A stretch of DNA of 63,891 nucleotides, filler included, from Ministeria vibrans ATCC 50519 (taxonomy: Eukaryota > Protista > Filasterea): assembly GCA_943704425.1 (NCBI GenBank). It is 11 parts of 11 records of this genome, joined end to end, with 100 filler letters (N's around TTAATTAATTAA, not from the genome) between each part and the next. Parts side by side here need not be neighbours in the genome. Positions count along the whole stretch, not along the records: positions 9,761 to 32,739 come from CALSCP010001072.1; positions 32,840 to 37,996 come from CALSCP010000986.1; 9 more parts are not named here. One strand, given 5' to 3'. The notes beneath the pieces are model-generated. The model was not told where the DNA came from. It saw only the letters and a list, made by a program, of their open reading frames with translations, and did no database searches. A program made the position numbers and the translations under genes. This document shows positions 24,671 to 35,448 of this stretch, piece by piece; the first letter of the stretch is position 1; each line of letters begins with the position of its first letter.

Positions 24671-27600
24671 TCACTCCTCACTCAGAGTGCGCTCCATTGA
24701 TGCAATCTGGCCCCGCAGGTCGCCCATGGCATATTCCTCGCCCTCGTCGGTGACCAGCACCTCGTCGTCCGGAATGCACGCCAGCGGACTCAACGCCGAG
24801 TCTGTGCGCCGTGTCAGCACCACATCCGTTCTAACATCGTACGCCTCGTTGTTGGATTCCGTGTCGACGTATGTAGCACTGTCTTGCTGGCGCGCCAAAT
24901 TCCCATTCAAATCCGCATTGTCTTTAAACATCGGATTGGTCTCCATCGTGGCAAACCCGTGTGATCCGTGTCCATCCTACCCAAACCATACGATATCGGA
25001 CAATATTACAACTGGCATTCACATATACATGAACAAGAATATATCTTACCCACATGAGCGACTCGTTAGCGGCTATGCTCGAGCGCGCCGATGTTGCGGC
25101 ATGCGGCGCCAGCGCCAGTGCCTCCTCAACAAATTCTTCCCACACTTCCGTTCGCTTTTGAGAACTACACAATCATCACAAATGAAACAGACAATTTAAC
25201 ACACACAATCATAGTTGGTATGACTTAATCATTACAGCCATTTGATTACACACCCACACACATACATGTACGTACATACATAAATACACGCACTCACAAA
25301 CACACTTGTATGACACACACACGTTCTCACATACATTGAACTGTTCAGTCGGTGCACAGCCTCCGAGCGTCGCTCCCGTCGCCACACCACACCAGCGACA
25401 ATGAGCACAGCAAGAACGGCAACAGCAGCGCCCGCTGCAATAAACGTCATGAATGCGGCACCCGCTGTGCTCCCTTGTGCACCCGTCTGGGGTGCCGACG
25501 ACAGCCCCGACACCACAGGCTGGCCGCCGTTGAGTACGTTGAACTCGCCGAGTCCATTGCCGCTCTGAAGAGACGCAATCACGTCCGTCGCCGACACGGG
25601 TGTGCTACTGTTGAACTCGTTGACGCCGAGCACGACCGAGCCACTCGAACTTGAATATGTGTCCACGTCACTCGCGTCAATGTTGGTCCAAACAGCGCGA
25701 CGTCGGTCCTTTGAAAGCGCACTCATGTAGTCGTTGATTTGTTGCACAATGATGGCGATAAATGCCGACACGTTGTCCATGACCACGCTGAGCGACACCG
25801 CCAGTTGGAACTCAACCATCTGCGCCAGCTGTTCGCTGGTAAAACTACCCGAGACACACATGTTCACCGTCAGACCGCTGGTCACTGTCGCAAGGTCAAA
25901 GCCAAAAAAGCACGCGGCACAGCTGGAGTCTGTTGCGGACGAACACGTCGTGAAGCCCGTGTAGCAACCGGCAATGGTGGTGCATTTGGTGCACGTCGAC
26001 GCGGCACCCACCGACGCTGGGCCAAAGTGGCCGCTCTTGCACACGCACTGGTACGAGCCCACCTGGTTCACACAGGTTGAGCGCACAACGTTGCACAGGT
26101 TGTCGCTGGCTGACGCACACTCGTCAATGTCGCTCGAGCACGTCGCGTCCGTGTAACCCGTCACACATGCACACGCAAACCCATCCACAAGATCTTGGCA
26201 AGTCGCACCATTCTCGCATGGGCCCGACGCACACTCGTCAATGTTCGTCTCGCAGTNNNNNNNNNNNNNNNNNNNNNNNNNNNNNNNNNNNNNNNNNNNN
26301 NNNNNNNNNNNNNNNNNNNNNNNNNNNNNNNNNNNNNNNNNNNNNNNNNNNNNNNNNNNNNNNNNNNNNNNNNNNNNNNNNNNNNNNNNNNNNNNNNNNN
26401 NNNNNNNNNNNNNNNNNNNNNNNNNNNNNNNNNNNNNNNNNNNNNNNNNNNNNNNNNNNNNNNNNNNNNNNNNNNNNNNNNNNNNNNNNNNNNNNNNNNN
26501 NNNNNNNNNNNNNNNNNNNNNNNNNNNNNNNNNNNNNNNNNNNNNNNNNNNNNNNNNNNNNNNNNNNNNNNNNNNNNNNNNNNNNNNNNNNNNNNNNNNN
26601 NNNNNNNNNNNNNNNNNNNNNNNNNNNNNNNNNNNNNNNNNATCGTCAAGGCAGGTGGCACCGTTCTCGCACGGGTTCGATGCACAGTCGTCAATGTTGT
26701 TCTCACATTGGCCACCGTTGTAGCCCAGGACGCAGTCGCAGTCGAAGCCATTCACTCCGTCGACGCATGTGGCGCCGTGCTGGCATGGATTCGACGCACA
26801 CTCGTTGACAGTGTTGTGACAAGTGCTCGAAGGGCCGTACGACTTGCTGTAAGGACAAATCCTACAAACCGAGATATTCAAACAAAGAACAATAATAATG
26901 ATAATAATAATTGTAAGTATGAATAACGTATCACACTAATTATAAACAACATTAATTGATTGTCACTTACGTGCACGAAGTGGCTGTGGTTGAATCGGCA
27001 GTGTAGTAGCCTGGAGCACAAGCGGAGCAAGTGGACGCCGACGACTTGTACTTGTCAACACCACAGTCGGTGCAGGAGGCGGAGGCGGCAGGGCTGATTT
27101 TTCCGTTGGGACACGACGTGCATGACGACGCAACGGCGCCAGAGTAGGTGCCGGCCGCGCAATCGAGACATAGTTCGGCCGAGGCCGCGCTGTACTTTCC
27201 TGCGTCACAGTCAATGCACGTGGTGGAAGCCACTCCTGCGGAGTATTTGCCGGCGGTGCAGCTGGTGCAAATGGACGCTCGATCAGCGCTGAACGTTCCG
27301 GCCGAACATGAGGTACAGCTGCCTGCCTTGGATCCACTAAGAAGAACGGCAAAGTGTATGATTATGATATCCACCGTCGCTTTTGACTTAGGACAGCTGT
27401 TTACCTGTAGGTACCAGCGGGACAATCGTTGCACGTCTACGTCGAGCGAGATTGGTTACAATAACAACACCCCGATAACAATAAATACGCCGTACCGATG
27501 AAGACGAAGGAGCGTACTTGCCTGCTGCGCAATTCGTGCATTCGGAGGCTTTAGCGCCTGAGTATGTTCCACTGGCGCATGCCGGACAAGCGCTACAAGA

Positions 27601-28867
27601 ATAATGGTGATAATATTAATAATAATAATTAGAAGAAGAATACAACCCATTTATAAACAATCCTCAATACACCACAAATCGAACCTTCCGGTTTTGGAGG
27701 AGGAGTACTTTCCTGCAACACAATTGGTACAGCTGGTAGAACCCGACGAGGAATACGCGCCGTATCCACAGTCCTTACACGACTATTGTAACAACGAGTT
27801 ATCAGAACATAAAGGAAATACAATAAGAGTAGAATTAATAAAAGAAGCAGAGTCCATTAATAATTAATAATTAATGGGTTGTATTCTTCTTCTTCTAATA
27901 ATTAATAATAACAATAATAATAGTAACAATAATAATATAATAATAATAATAATAAATTTATTATTATTATTATAGTTGTTGTTGTTGTTGTTGTTATTAT
28001 TATTGTTATTATTACTATTATTATTATTATTATTATGATTATTATTATGATTATTATTAATTTTTGTTGCGTACCGAAGAAGCGTATTGCGAGGTATACT
28101 TGCCGGCAGGGCATTCTGGACAGGATGTCCCGTGATAGCCGGGTTGATAATGACCAATGTCACACCAACTACATTGACTTTGGTTAGGGCTGCTCGTGTA
28201 CTTGCCAGAAAGACAGGAGTAACACACGTAACTGTGAGAAAGAAACAATAGAGCAAGCCGTGAAAAAAGAGGAGAGATTCGGAGACAATAATTGATGTTT
28301 ATACTAGTGTTCGCAGCCACATGTGTCACAATCATTGGTATACTTAGTGAAGAATTTTTTGCAAGAGCTACGTCCAAGGACAGTGTAAGTTGACGGAATG
28401 AGAGTATTATGCTTTCGTTTTCTGAAGCCAGAAAGTGTTTTTCGAGAGGTGGATTTGGGAGTTGTTTGGGAGGAGGGGGATCCAGGAGAAGTAAAGGGCA
28501 GGCTTGTAGAATACTGATGAGCGCCCATGAAAGGGTTAAGTTCGAATTAAGTTCGGGCTCTTTCGCTCAACCCAACCTCATAATAATCATAAAAATTATG
28601 CACATGCCACATGATTAAAAAAAAATCGTGAAACGGAGATGACAGATTCAATCACGCTTACTTGCACTGCTGACATTCGTTATAATTTGTGCCACGATAC
28701 CAGCCTGGGGTACAGGTTGGTAAAGCCCGCGCCTGGCGACTGAGCGTCGGTAGGTAGGGCGCACGCGCAAAGCGAGATTTCTCAAATTTAGAGTTTTCAC
28801 TGGCGACGACAGCAGAGAGAGACAATGCCAGCACCGCCAGGAGAAGAAGAATGGAGAAGCACTTCAT
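24671..28867 (-). CDS. Type I receptor A: signal peptide, Cys-rich CxxC-PxG (GCC2/ephrin-receptor-like) repeats, EGF repeats, SEA/Notch-HD-like module, TM helix, Tyr-containing tail (gap inside)
   Basis: MKCFSILLLLAVLAL signal; small Cys-rich exons (CPECPAGKY, CTSCSAGTF); EGF repeats; RRR..GSVVL; TM FIAAGAAVAVLAVLIVAGVVW; tail with NPMF and several Tyr. Confidence 0.85.
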
Positions 28868-29669
28868 CCGGCCTTAGAGCCTTGGTCTTTGGAGTGCGTC
28901 AGAAAGAGCTAAAAATAATGTTGATTTCGAATAATTCGAATGATCAATTGAAGATCGTACCGACCGGAGACACTTTTTTTTTTTTTTGGGTCTCGCTTCC
29001 GTCTTTTTTTTTTTCTATCGCGCTTCGCGATAAGCGCATCTCGACGAATAAGTACCGACTACCGACTATTGTGCGTGTTGACGTTTCTACGTGTGCACTC
29101 ACTGACTCCGATTTAATTCACGGAGTCCCATGAGTCACTTTTCAGTCACTTCGCCAGTGAGTGCACCTCTTATCCCTGCGAACAGAGATTAAACGCCCCC
29201 GCCGAGTAATCGCTCAGCATGAGTACAGCTATTCACAGTATTTTTTTCGCCTAACCCCAAAGGAAAAGGTTGTTACCCACATCAATACACGTGCATTGGG
29301 GGTGGGATCGGGCGGGGGTTGGGATGAGCGTGGTGATCCTGAAAATCCTGGCGCGTCCACAACGGTTTTTTGTGATTGTCGCCTCCTAAGCCCTAGTGTG
29401 GACTGTGAATATGCCCATGGTTGCGTAATATGGTTGCTGTTAATATGAATTTTCGTTGGAATCGCCGAGCGTGTTTTCATTCTGGATTTCACATTCATTC
29501 CGCCTTTTCGGCTCATGGTTTGCCTTGTTTGTATCCTTGTATGTTGTTTTTTTCGATATATTCATGCATCGTTTTGGACAGGAATGCCATTTTCGCGACG
29601 TGAAGGACTTCGCTGGAGTGTGGAATGTTGGGATATTTTTTCTGTGACCCTTAATGTCCTTTCTGTAGA

Positions 29670-30770
29670 GTATCCGTGTCATACCGAAGAGGAGGAGGGC
29701 TAGGAGTGTGCATATAGAAACGAATGGCGCTGAGCGTGACGGCTGTAAGGAGGATCTGACCCCTCAGGCAGAGTATGTTGCGTTTGTTGTCGTTTTTGAT
29801 GCTGATCCCATTACTCCGATAGATACGAACGCAAACTGCGCAGTAAGGCGAAGGCGTGGGACTCTTTACGAAGCACGGTCGCCTGTGCACCTTCCGGGAC
29901 CTATACTCAGGCTCTGCATGATGCTTCTTCTAAAGGGAGTGATTCTCTTGAAGTGTTTGTTGACCTCCTTCTGCACGACGCTAAGATGCGAGCCAGCGAC
30001 GGCACCTGCCTTGGTCCCGATACACATGGTGCTGGGCCGTCGAACATGTTGGTGACGTCGCCCATGCGTACGCCGAGTCAATCTACTCTCACTTCGACGA
30101 CAGCCACACGTCGCAGTGCAGCAACACTTCCCCGCTCCGAGTCTCGACCTACTCCGTACAATATGCGCACTAGGAAGCAGCTCCCTCTGGTTAGCTCGTC
30201 CAGTCCTGGTCGCCCTCAAGGACGACGTACTCTTGACGGTCTCATTGCGGTACTGGCACCCATTGACACGTCGTACTTGGGCGCATCGATTCAGGCCGAT
30301 GACTTTTGTTTGTCAGTGTGGCGAACGACGCATACTGTTTGTTGTGGAGGGCGTTTGTGGTGTGTCGTCGTTCAAGCTCAAGTGCCAGCGTGACCTTGAA
30401 CACAAGTCTCCAACTCCTCTCTGCGTTGCGATCAACAAGCCTCTCGCCGACACCATCGACATCGTGGTGCGATCACAATCCGACAACGACTTGGCGAAGC
30501 GCTCCTTTACTCTGCCCGAACCGGTCGTCGCTGATGCGATTGCTTCTATTGTGCTTCGACTCGTACAACACGTATGCCTCTCGTCGAACGTACGCACAGC
30601 GCTGCTCATTAATTCTAAAGAATGATTGTACATCTCTCACGACCAACACTCTTTACATAGATACCTTGGTTGGCCCCCTCTAGGTGAGTCCCGATGGCGT
30701 GCAATTTGCTCTGTCTTCCTCAATCCCTTTTCCGTGACAGTCCAACGCCACTCGGACGATGTGTGTGAGC
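29670..30770 (+). CDS. Hypothetical spliced gene lying between the two receptor paralogues
   Basis: Phase-compatible GT-AG joins (QAE|YERKLRSK.., LDGLIA|CGERRILFVV..) link the ORF pieces. No family recognised; both ends uncertain. Confidence 0.4.
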
Positions 30771-30974
30771 TGGTGACAATGTCGCGACGTCGAAAATCCC
30801 GATCAAAATGAAATCAAAATGCGCCCACCATGCCGGAATTTGAGCATAACACGAGACGCAAACATAAACTTGCCCTAGAGGTAATGTATATACACCACTA
30901 CGTGAAGACGATCACTCGCGAGAAGGTGTGATTGTCCAGAACAATTGATAAATTTATGCTGAGCGATTACTGGG

Positions 30975-31034
30975 AGTAATAATAATAAGAATAAGAAGAA
31001 GAAGAATTAATAATAAGAATAAGAATAATAATAA

Positions 31035-31070
<36 letters not shown>

Positions 31071-31157
31071 GAATAATAATAATAATAATAATAATAATAA
31101 GAAAAATAATAATAATAAGAATAATAATAATAAGAATAATAATAATAATAATAATAA

Positions 31158-31239
<82 letters not shown>

Positions 31240-31322
31240 AATAATAATAATAATAATGAGAATAATAATAATAATAATAAGAATAATAATAATAAGAATA
31301 ATAATAATAATAATAATAATAG

Positions 31323-31362
<40 letters not shown>

Positions 31363-31370
31363 GTTATTGT
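30975..31370. repeat. Degenerate (AAT/AAG)n microsatellite
   Basis: ~400 nt of AAT with AAG interruptions. Confidence 0.97.
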
Positions 31371-31653
31371 TTTTTCCTCGTTCGATCCCTTCATGTTTTA
31401 ATAACCCCAGCAATACGGAGTTATCTTACGCTCCGCTGCAACCTCGATCATCGATATCATTTGCCACGACCTACCTCGTCCGGAACATCTTCCTCTCTGT
31501 CTCCGGTTGTAGCATGGCTATGTTTAAAATCTTCCCTTTCAAGTAAAGCTTTTGAGATATACTATCGTCCGATCATACAATGCATACTGCTTAAAACAAA
31601 ATAATTTATTATTGTTCATTGTGCAAAAAACAGCAAAATTGAACTCGTATAAA

Positions 31654-32739
31654 CTAAACCTCGAGAAGATCCTCGAACAAGGCATCCATTTGCGAACTGT
31701 CCGTCTGGCTTTCGCGCGTGGACGGACCGGTGTACCTGCCTTCCTTGATCCGCTGCATTGACGACATGCGCCGCACCAGCACAGCCTGTCGGAAATATGT
31801 AAAAACGCCAATCAATACTTTTACTTTTTGCTTTGTTTGTTAAATAACTTCAGTATTATCGTTCTTTACCTTCTGTTGACGCACTTCCTTCAGCTGCTGC
31901 TCCGCCGACTCCTGCTCATCAGCCACTGATCTGCCCAAATGCTCGCTCAGAGTGCGCTCCATTGATGCAATCTGGCGCGCCTCGCCCCGCAGGTCGCCCA
32001 TGGCATACTCATCACCCTCGTCGGTGACCAGCACCTCGTCGTCCGGAATGCTCGCAAGCGGACTCAACGCCGAGTCTGTGCGCCGTGTCAGCACCACATC
32101 TGTACTGACATCGTACGCCTCGTTGTTGGAATCTGTGTTGGCGTATGTAGCGCTGCCTTGCTGGCGCGTCAAATTCGCATACAGATCAGTGTCCACATCG
32201 TCTTCAAACATCGGATTGGTCCCCATCGTGGCATAGCCATCTCCATCCTGCCCAAATAATGCAAATGTTAAAAACCACACTGACACTCGCTAAGATGAGC
32301 AACGTCTTACCCAGAAGAGCGACTCGTCACCGGCTCCGCTCGTGCGCGACGATGTTGTGGCATGCGGCGCCAGCGCCAGTGCATCCTCAACAAGTCCTTC
32401 CCACACTTCCATTCGCTTTTGTGCACTACACGCAAACAGAAAAAAAAACACAAACATAAACAAACATAAACACAAACACAATTAGGAAAACAATCGTTAG
32501 ACACGTACATTGAACTGTTCAGTCGGTGTGCAGCATCCGAGCGTCGCTTCTGACGCCACATCACGCCAACAACAACGAGCGCAACAAGAACGGCAACAGC
32601 AGCGCCCGCTGCAATAAACGTCATGGATGAGGCACCCGCTGTGCTCCCTTGTGCACCCGTCTGGGGTGCCGACGACAGCCCCGACACCACAGGCTGGCCG
32701 CCGTTGAGTACGTTGAACTCGCCGAGTCCATTGCCGCTC
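31654..32739 (-). CDS. Receptor B: 3' end of a tandem paralogue of receptor A (juxtamembrane, TM helix, full tail), 5'-truncated by the contig end
   Basis: Same exon structure and high similarity to ~24300-25565; ends ..MDALFEDLLEV*. Confidence 0.85.
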
Positions 32740-34158
32740 NNNNNNNNNNNNNNNNNNNNNNNNNNNNNNNNNNNNNNNNNNNNTTAATTAATTAANNNNN
32801 NNNNNNNNNNNNNNNNNNNNNNNNNNNNNNNNNNNNNNNGGACTTCAAAAAAAAAAAAAAAAGAATATAACACAACAGCCTGACTAAGAACCTTCGCTTT
32901 GTCGGGGAGAGCCCGCGACCCACCGCTGCACACCACTCGCGGTCACATAGTCTGACCACCAAGCCGTGTGTTCTGTGTTGGCCCCACTCCCTCCACAGAC
33001 GCCGCTCAAGATCCGCCGTCAGCTTGTCCGAAATGGGTTCATCAATCGCGCAGAGTGTCATTCTGCCGTCATCGCGTGCCACACAAGTGTATGCGAACTG
33101 GTGAGCGCTTGAATCAGTGCTCACTCCGCAGCGCGAGCTGTGTTCGACGGGTCTGCGAAAGAGGCTAAAGAAGAGGCGGTGAAGGTCAAGAAGAATGATA
33201 AGGTGGGCATGATGCTCCACACCAACGACAACAACTCAGAGAGAGTTGTACAATGAAGCTTTCATCGAACTTTCATCTTCCTTTCATTAGGGTTTTCATA
33301 AAAAAACAACTGAGAGAGAGAGAGAGAGAGAGCGAGCGAGAGAGAGTACCACGATGCGTCATGCCACTTCATGACGCCTCTTCACTGTGGAATTGGTTTC
33401 CACACGAAGAGGAGGAGTGATGTTTGTGTTTTTCTTTTCCAAAGAGTGTTTTCAGAGACAGAAAAAAATAACTTGTAGAACTTTTGCTGAACAGCCCGTG
33501 TGCGGATCGTGGAGTTAGAGGGATGGGTGCCTCGGGTCTTCTCAGTCAGCAAGGCTGATAGATAGGCAGTGTTGTAATCAAGACTGAGAGTCTTATTGGC
33601 TTGTATGAAAGTCACCTGAAAGGAACTGAAAGTGTAATTTTAAAAAAATATCCGTTTCGGCCCATGCGGGGGTGAAGCAGCCGCTTCGGATGGTTAGATT
33701 GTCTTGTACAATGAAGCTCCTGCCCTAGGACTTCCAAAAATATTTAAAATACATATAAAAATCGGTCTCTCACTGACCCTCCACGGAGGATGAGAGTGAT
33801 GGATGCCTTGGGGTTTCAAAGTCAGCGGTGTTGCTTCTGAAAACTATAATATAGACTCACACAGTCTTATGTTGACTTGTATAAATGAAAGGTTACTTGA
33901 AAGGTTACTTAAAGTCTCTTTACAAAATACGGGAAGGAAAAGGGATCCTCACTTGATAAGAAGGGAGTACAACACGACGACAGCAGATAATGACACCGGC
34001 AAAGTATACAAGAGGTGTGACAAAGGCTTGGTCGAGATGCCATCGGCGGTGCGACTGGCCGCGCGCGGGCGACGAAGGTCAAGCAGATGCACCCGAGAAG
34101 TAATTGGAAGAGGCCGAAAACAGGCATAAACAGATATAACCAGAATCATGATATATGC

Positions 34159-35244
34159 TCAGTCGCCAAGAAGAGCACTGAGACGACGCAAAAGGGGGCT
34201 GGGATTGAACGGAAAAAGTTGGCGTCGATGGAGGCGAGCGATGGCCGCATGAAGATGCTCCACGAGGGCGCGGTGGGGCGACGCTCGCGCTACCCGCACC
34301 GCACGAAACGAAAGCAACAACGACGCACAACTATGGACAGTCTCTTCGGAGACGAGCCAGTCGAGCAGCACAGAGTGATCATTGCCAACAGCATGCTTGC
34401 ACAGCGCCTCAAAGATACTCTGCTGCGTGTAGGCTGGTTCGCCGCCCGCCGACCTCTCAAGAGACACCAGTGTCACCAGAGTGTTCAAAAGCGTCGTGTC
34501 TTGGTCGACAAGCGTGCACACAATCGCATTCACATCCATCAAATTCCCTTTTGAGTGTTGCCACAGGATGGAGTCGAGAGCAATGGCGTTTCGCGAGGTG
34601 CACACAAGTTGTACAGAGCAAGCCAAATATCGTCTCGCCACCGAGGCTAAATCACGCGTAACAAGAGGAGAAACGTCAACACACGCGTCGAGGGAGGACG
34701 GGGAGGCAGCAGAGCAAATACGCTCGCGAGCCTGTTGACATATCCGTGAGCTGTTGAATGCATCGCCGACTTTCGCTAAGAGATCGGAATGTAGTGTCGT
34801 GGATCGCTCCAGTGCCACGCGCAACAGCCACAGCGTGTCGGCAGCAACATAGGGAACGTCAATATACGCGTCTGCGAGTCGGATAAGCTGACAGGCATGC
34901 GTGAGAGTGGATTCGCATGCATGCGCAACTTCCGATTTGCAAAGCGCCCGCAAAAGATCCAGTGTTGCCTTTACCAGCACATGGCAGGAGAAGGGCGGGG
35001 ACCCCAACAGCAAGACTGCAGACAGGAGGTCGTCCGCAAGAGTGGGTGGTAGCTTTGGTGCGGCGTACGTGTCGCAAGCGGCACGAGAGCGCTTCAGCAA
35101 GGACGCCAGTGTTTCACAGGCGCTCACACGCAAATGCAGCGCCATCGGCGCGACAGTCTCTCGCACCAGACGGTCCACAGTCACATCATCTACACACGGC
35201 GACGACTCCAACACTGTCACTGACGCGTAGTATGCTTTGAGCAT
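34159..35244 (-). CDS. LINS1: Protein Lines homolog, intronless
   Basis: Lines-family motifs VDQDTTLL, NDHSVLLDWLVSEET and LFPFNPSPLLRRL. Confidence 0.8.
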   Translation of the reverse strand: MLKAYYASVTVLESSPCVDDVTVDRLVRETVAPMALHLRVSACETLASLLKRSRAACDTYAAPKLPPTLADDLLSAVLLLGSPPFSCHVLVKATLDLLRALCKSEVAHACESTLTHACQLIRLADAYIDVPYVAADTLWLLRVALERSTTLHSDLLAKVGDAFNSSRICQQARERICSAASPSSLDACVDVSPLVTRDLASVARRYLACSVQLVCTSRNAIALDSILWQHSKGNLMDVNAIVCTLVDQDTTLLNTLVTLVSLERSAGGEPAYTQQSIFEALCKHAVGNDHSVLLDWLVSEETVHSCASLLLSFRAVRVARASPHRALVEHLHAAIARLHRRQLFPFNPSPLLRRLSALLGD

Positions 35245-35448
35245 GAAATCAAAATTCGAATCAGATTGGGGCAGGTCTTGAGCGAAAGGCAATGAGTCAA
35301 CGAGAAGGACTCAGAAGGTACGTGTCATATAGCGTGTGCCAAAAGAAACAATCAAAAACGTTTTGACTTTTGAGTTAAATTTTTTTATTATAAGTTTTTT
35401 TATTATATTTTTATTCTCAATCATTCAAACTTTTTTGCTCTTTTTCTC

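Noticed and set aside
30954-31546. Poly-Ile/Leu/Asn ORFs (also 6382-6711, 52414-52729) and poly-CV/TH ORFs (13016-13285, 37649-38048, 47208-47490)
   Set aside because: These are translations of microsatellites.
32840-33270. Minus-strand CDS fragment at the contig start
   Set aside because: An open frame is present, but there is no clear start or recognisable motif, and it is truncated by the linker.
33520-33640. TPP riboswitch or hammerhead ribozyme (GGGTGC, CTGAGA, ACCTGA words)
   Set aside because: The P4/P5 elements and the CUGANGA core are not properly present.
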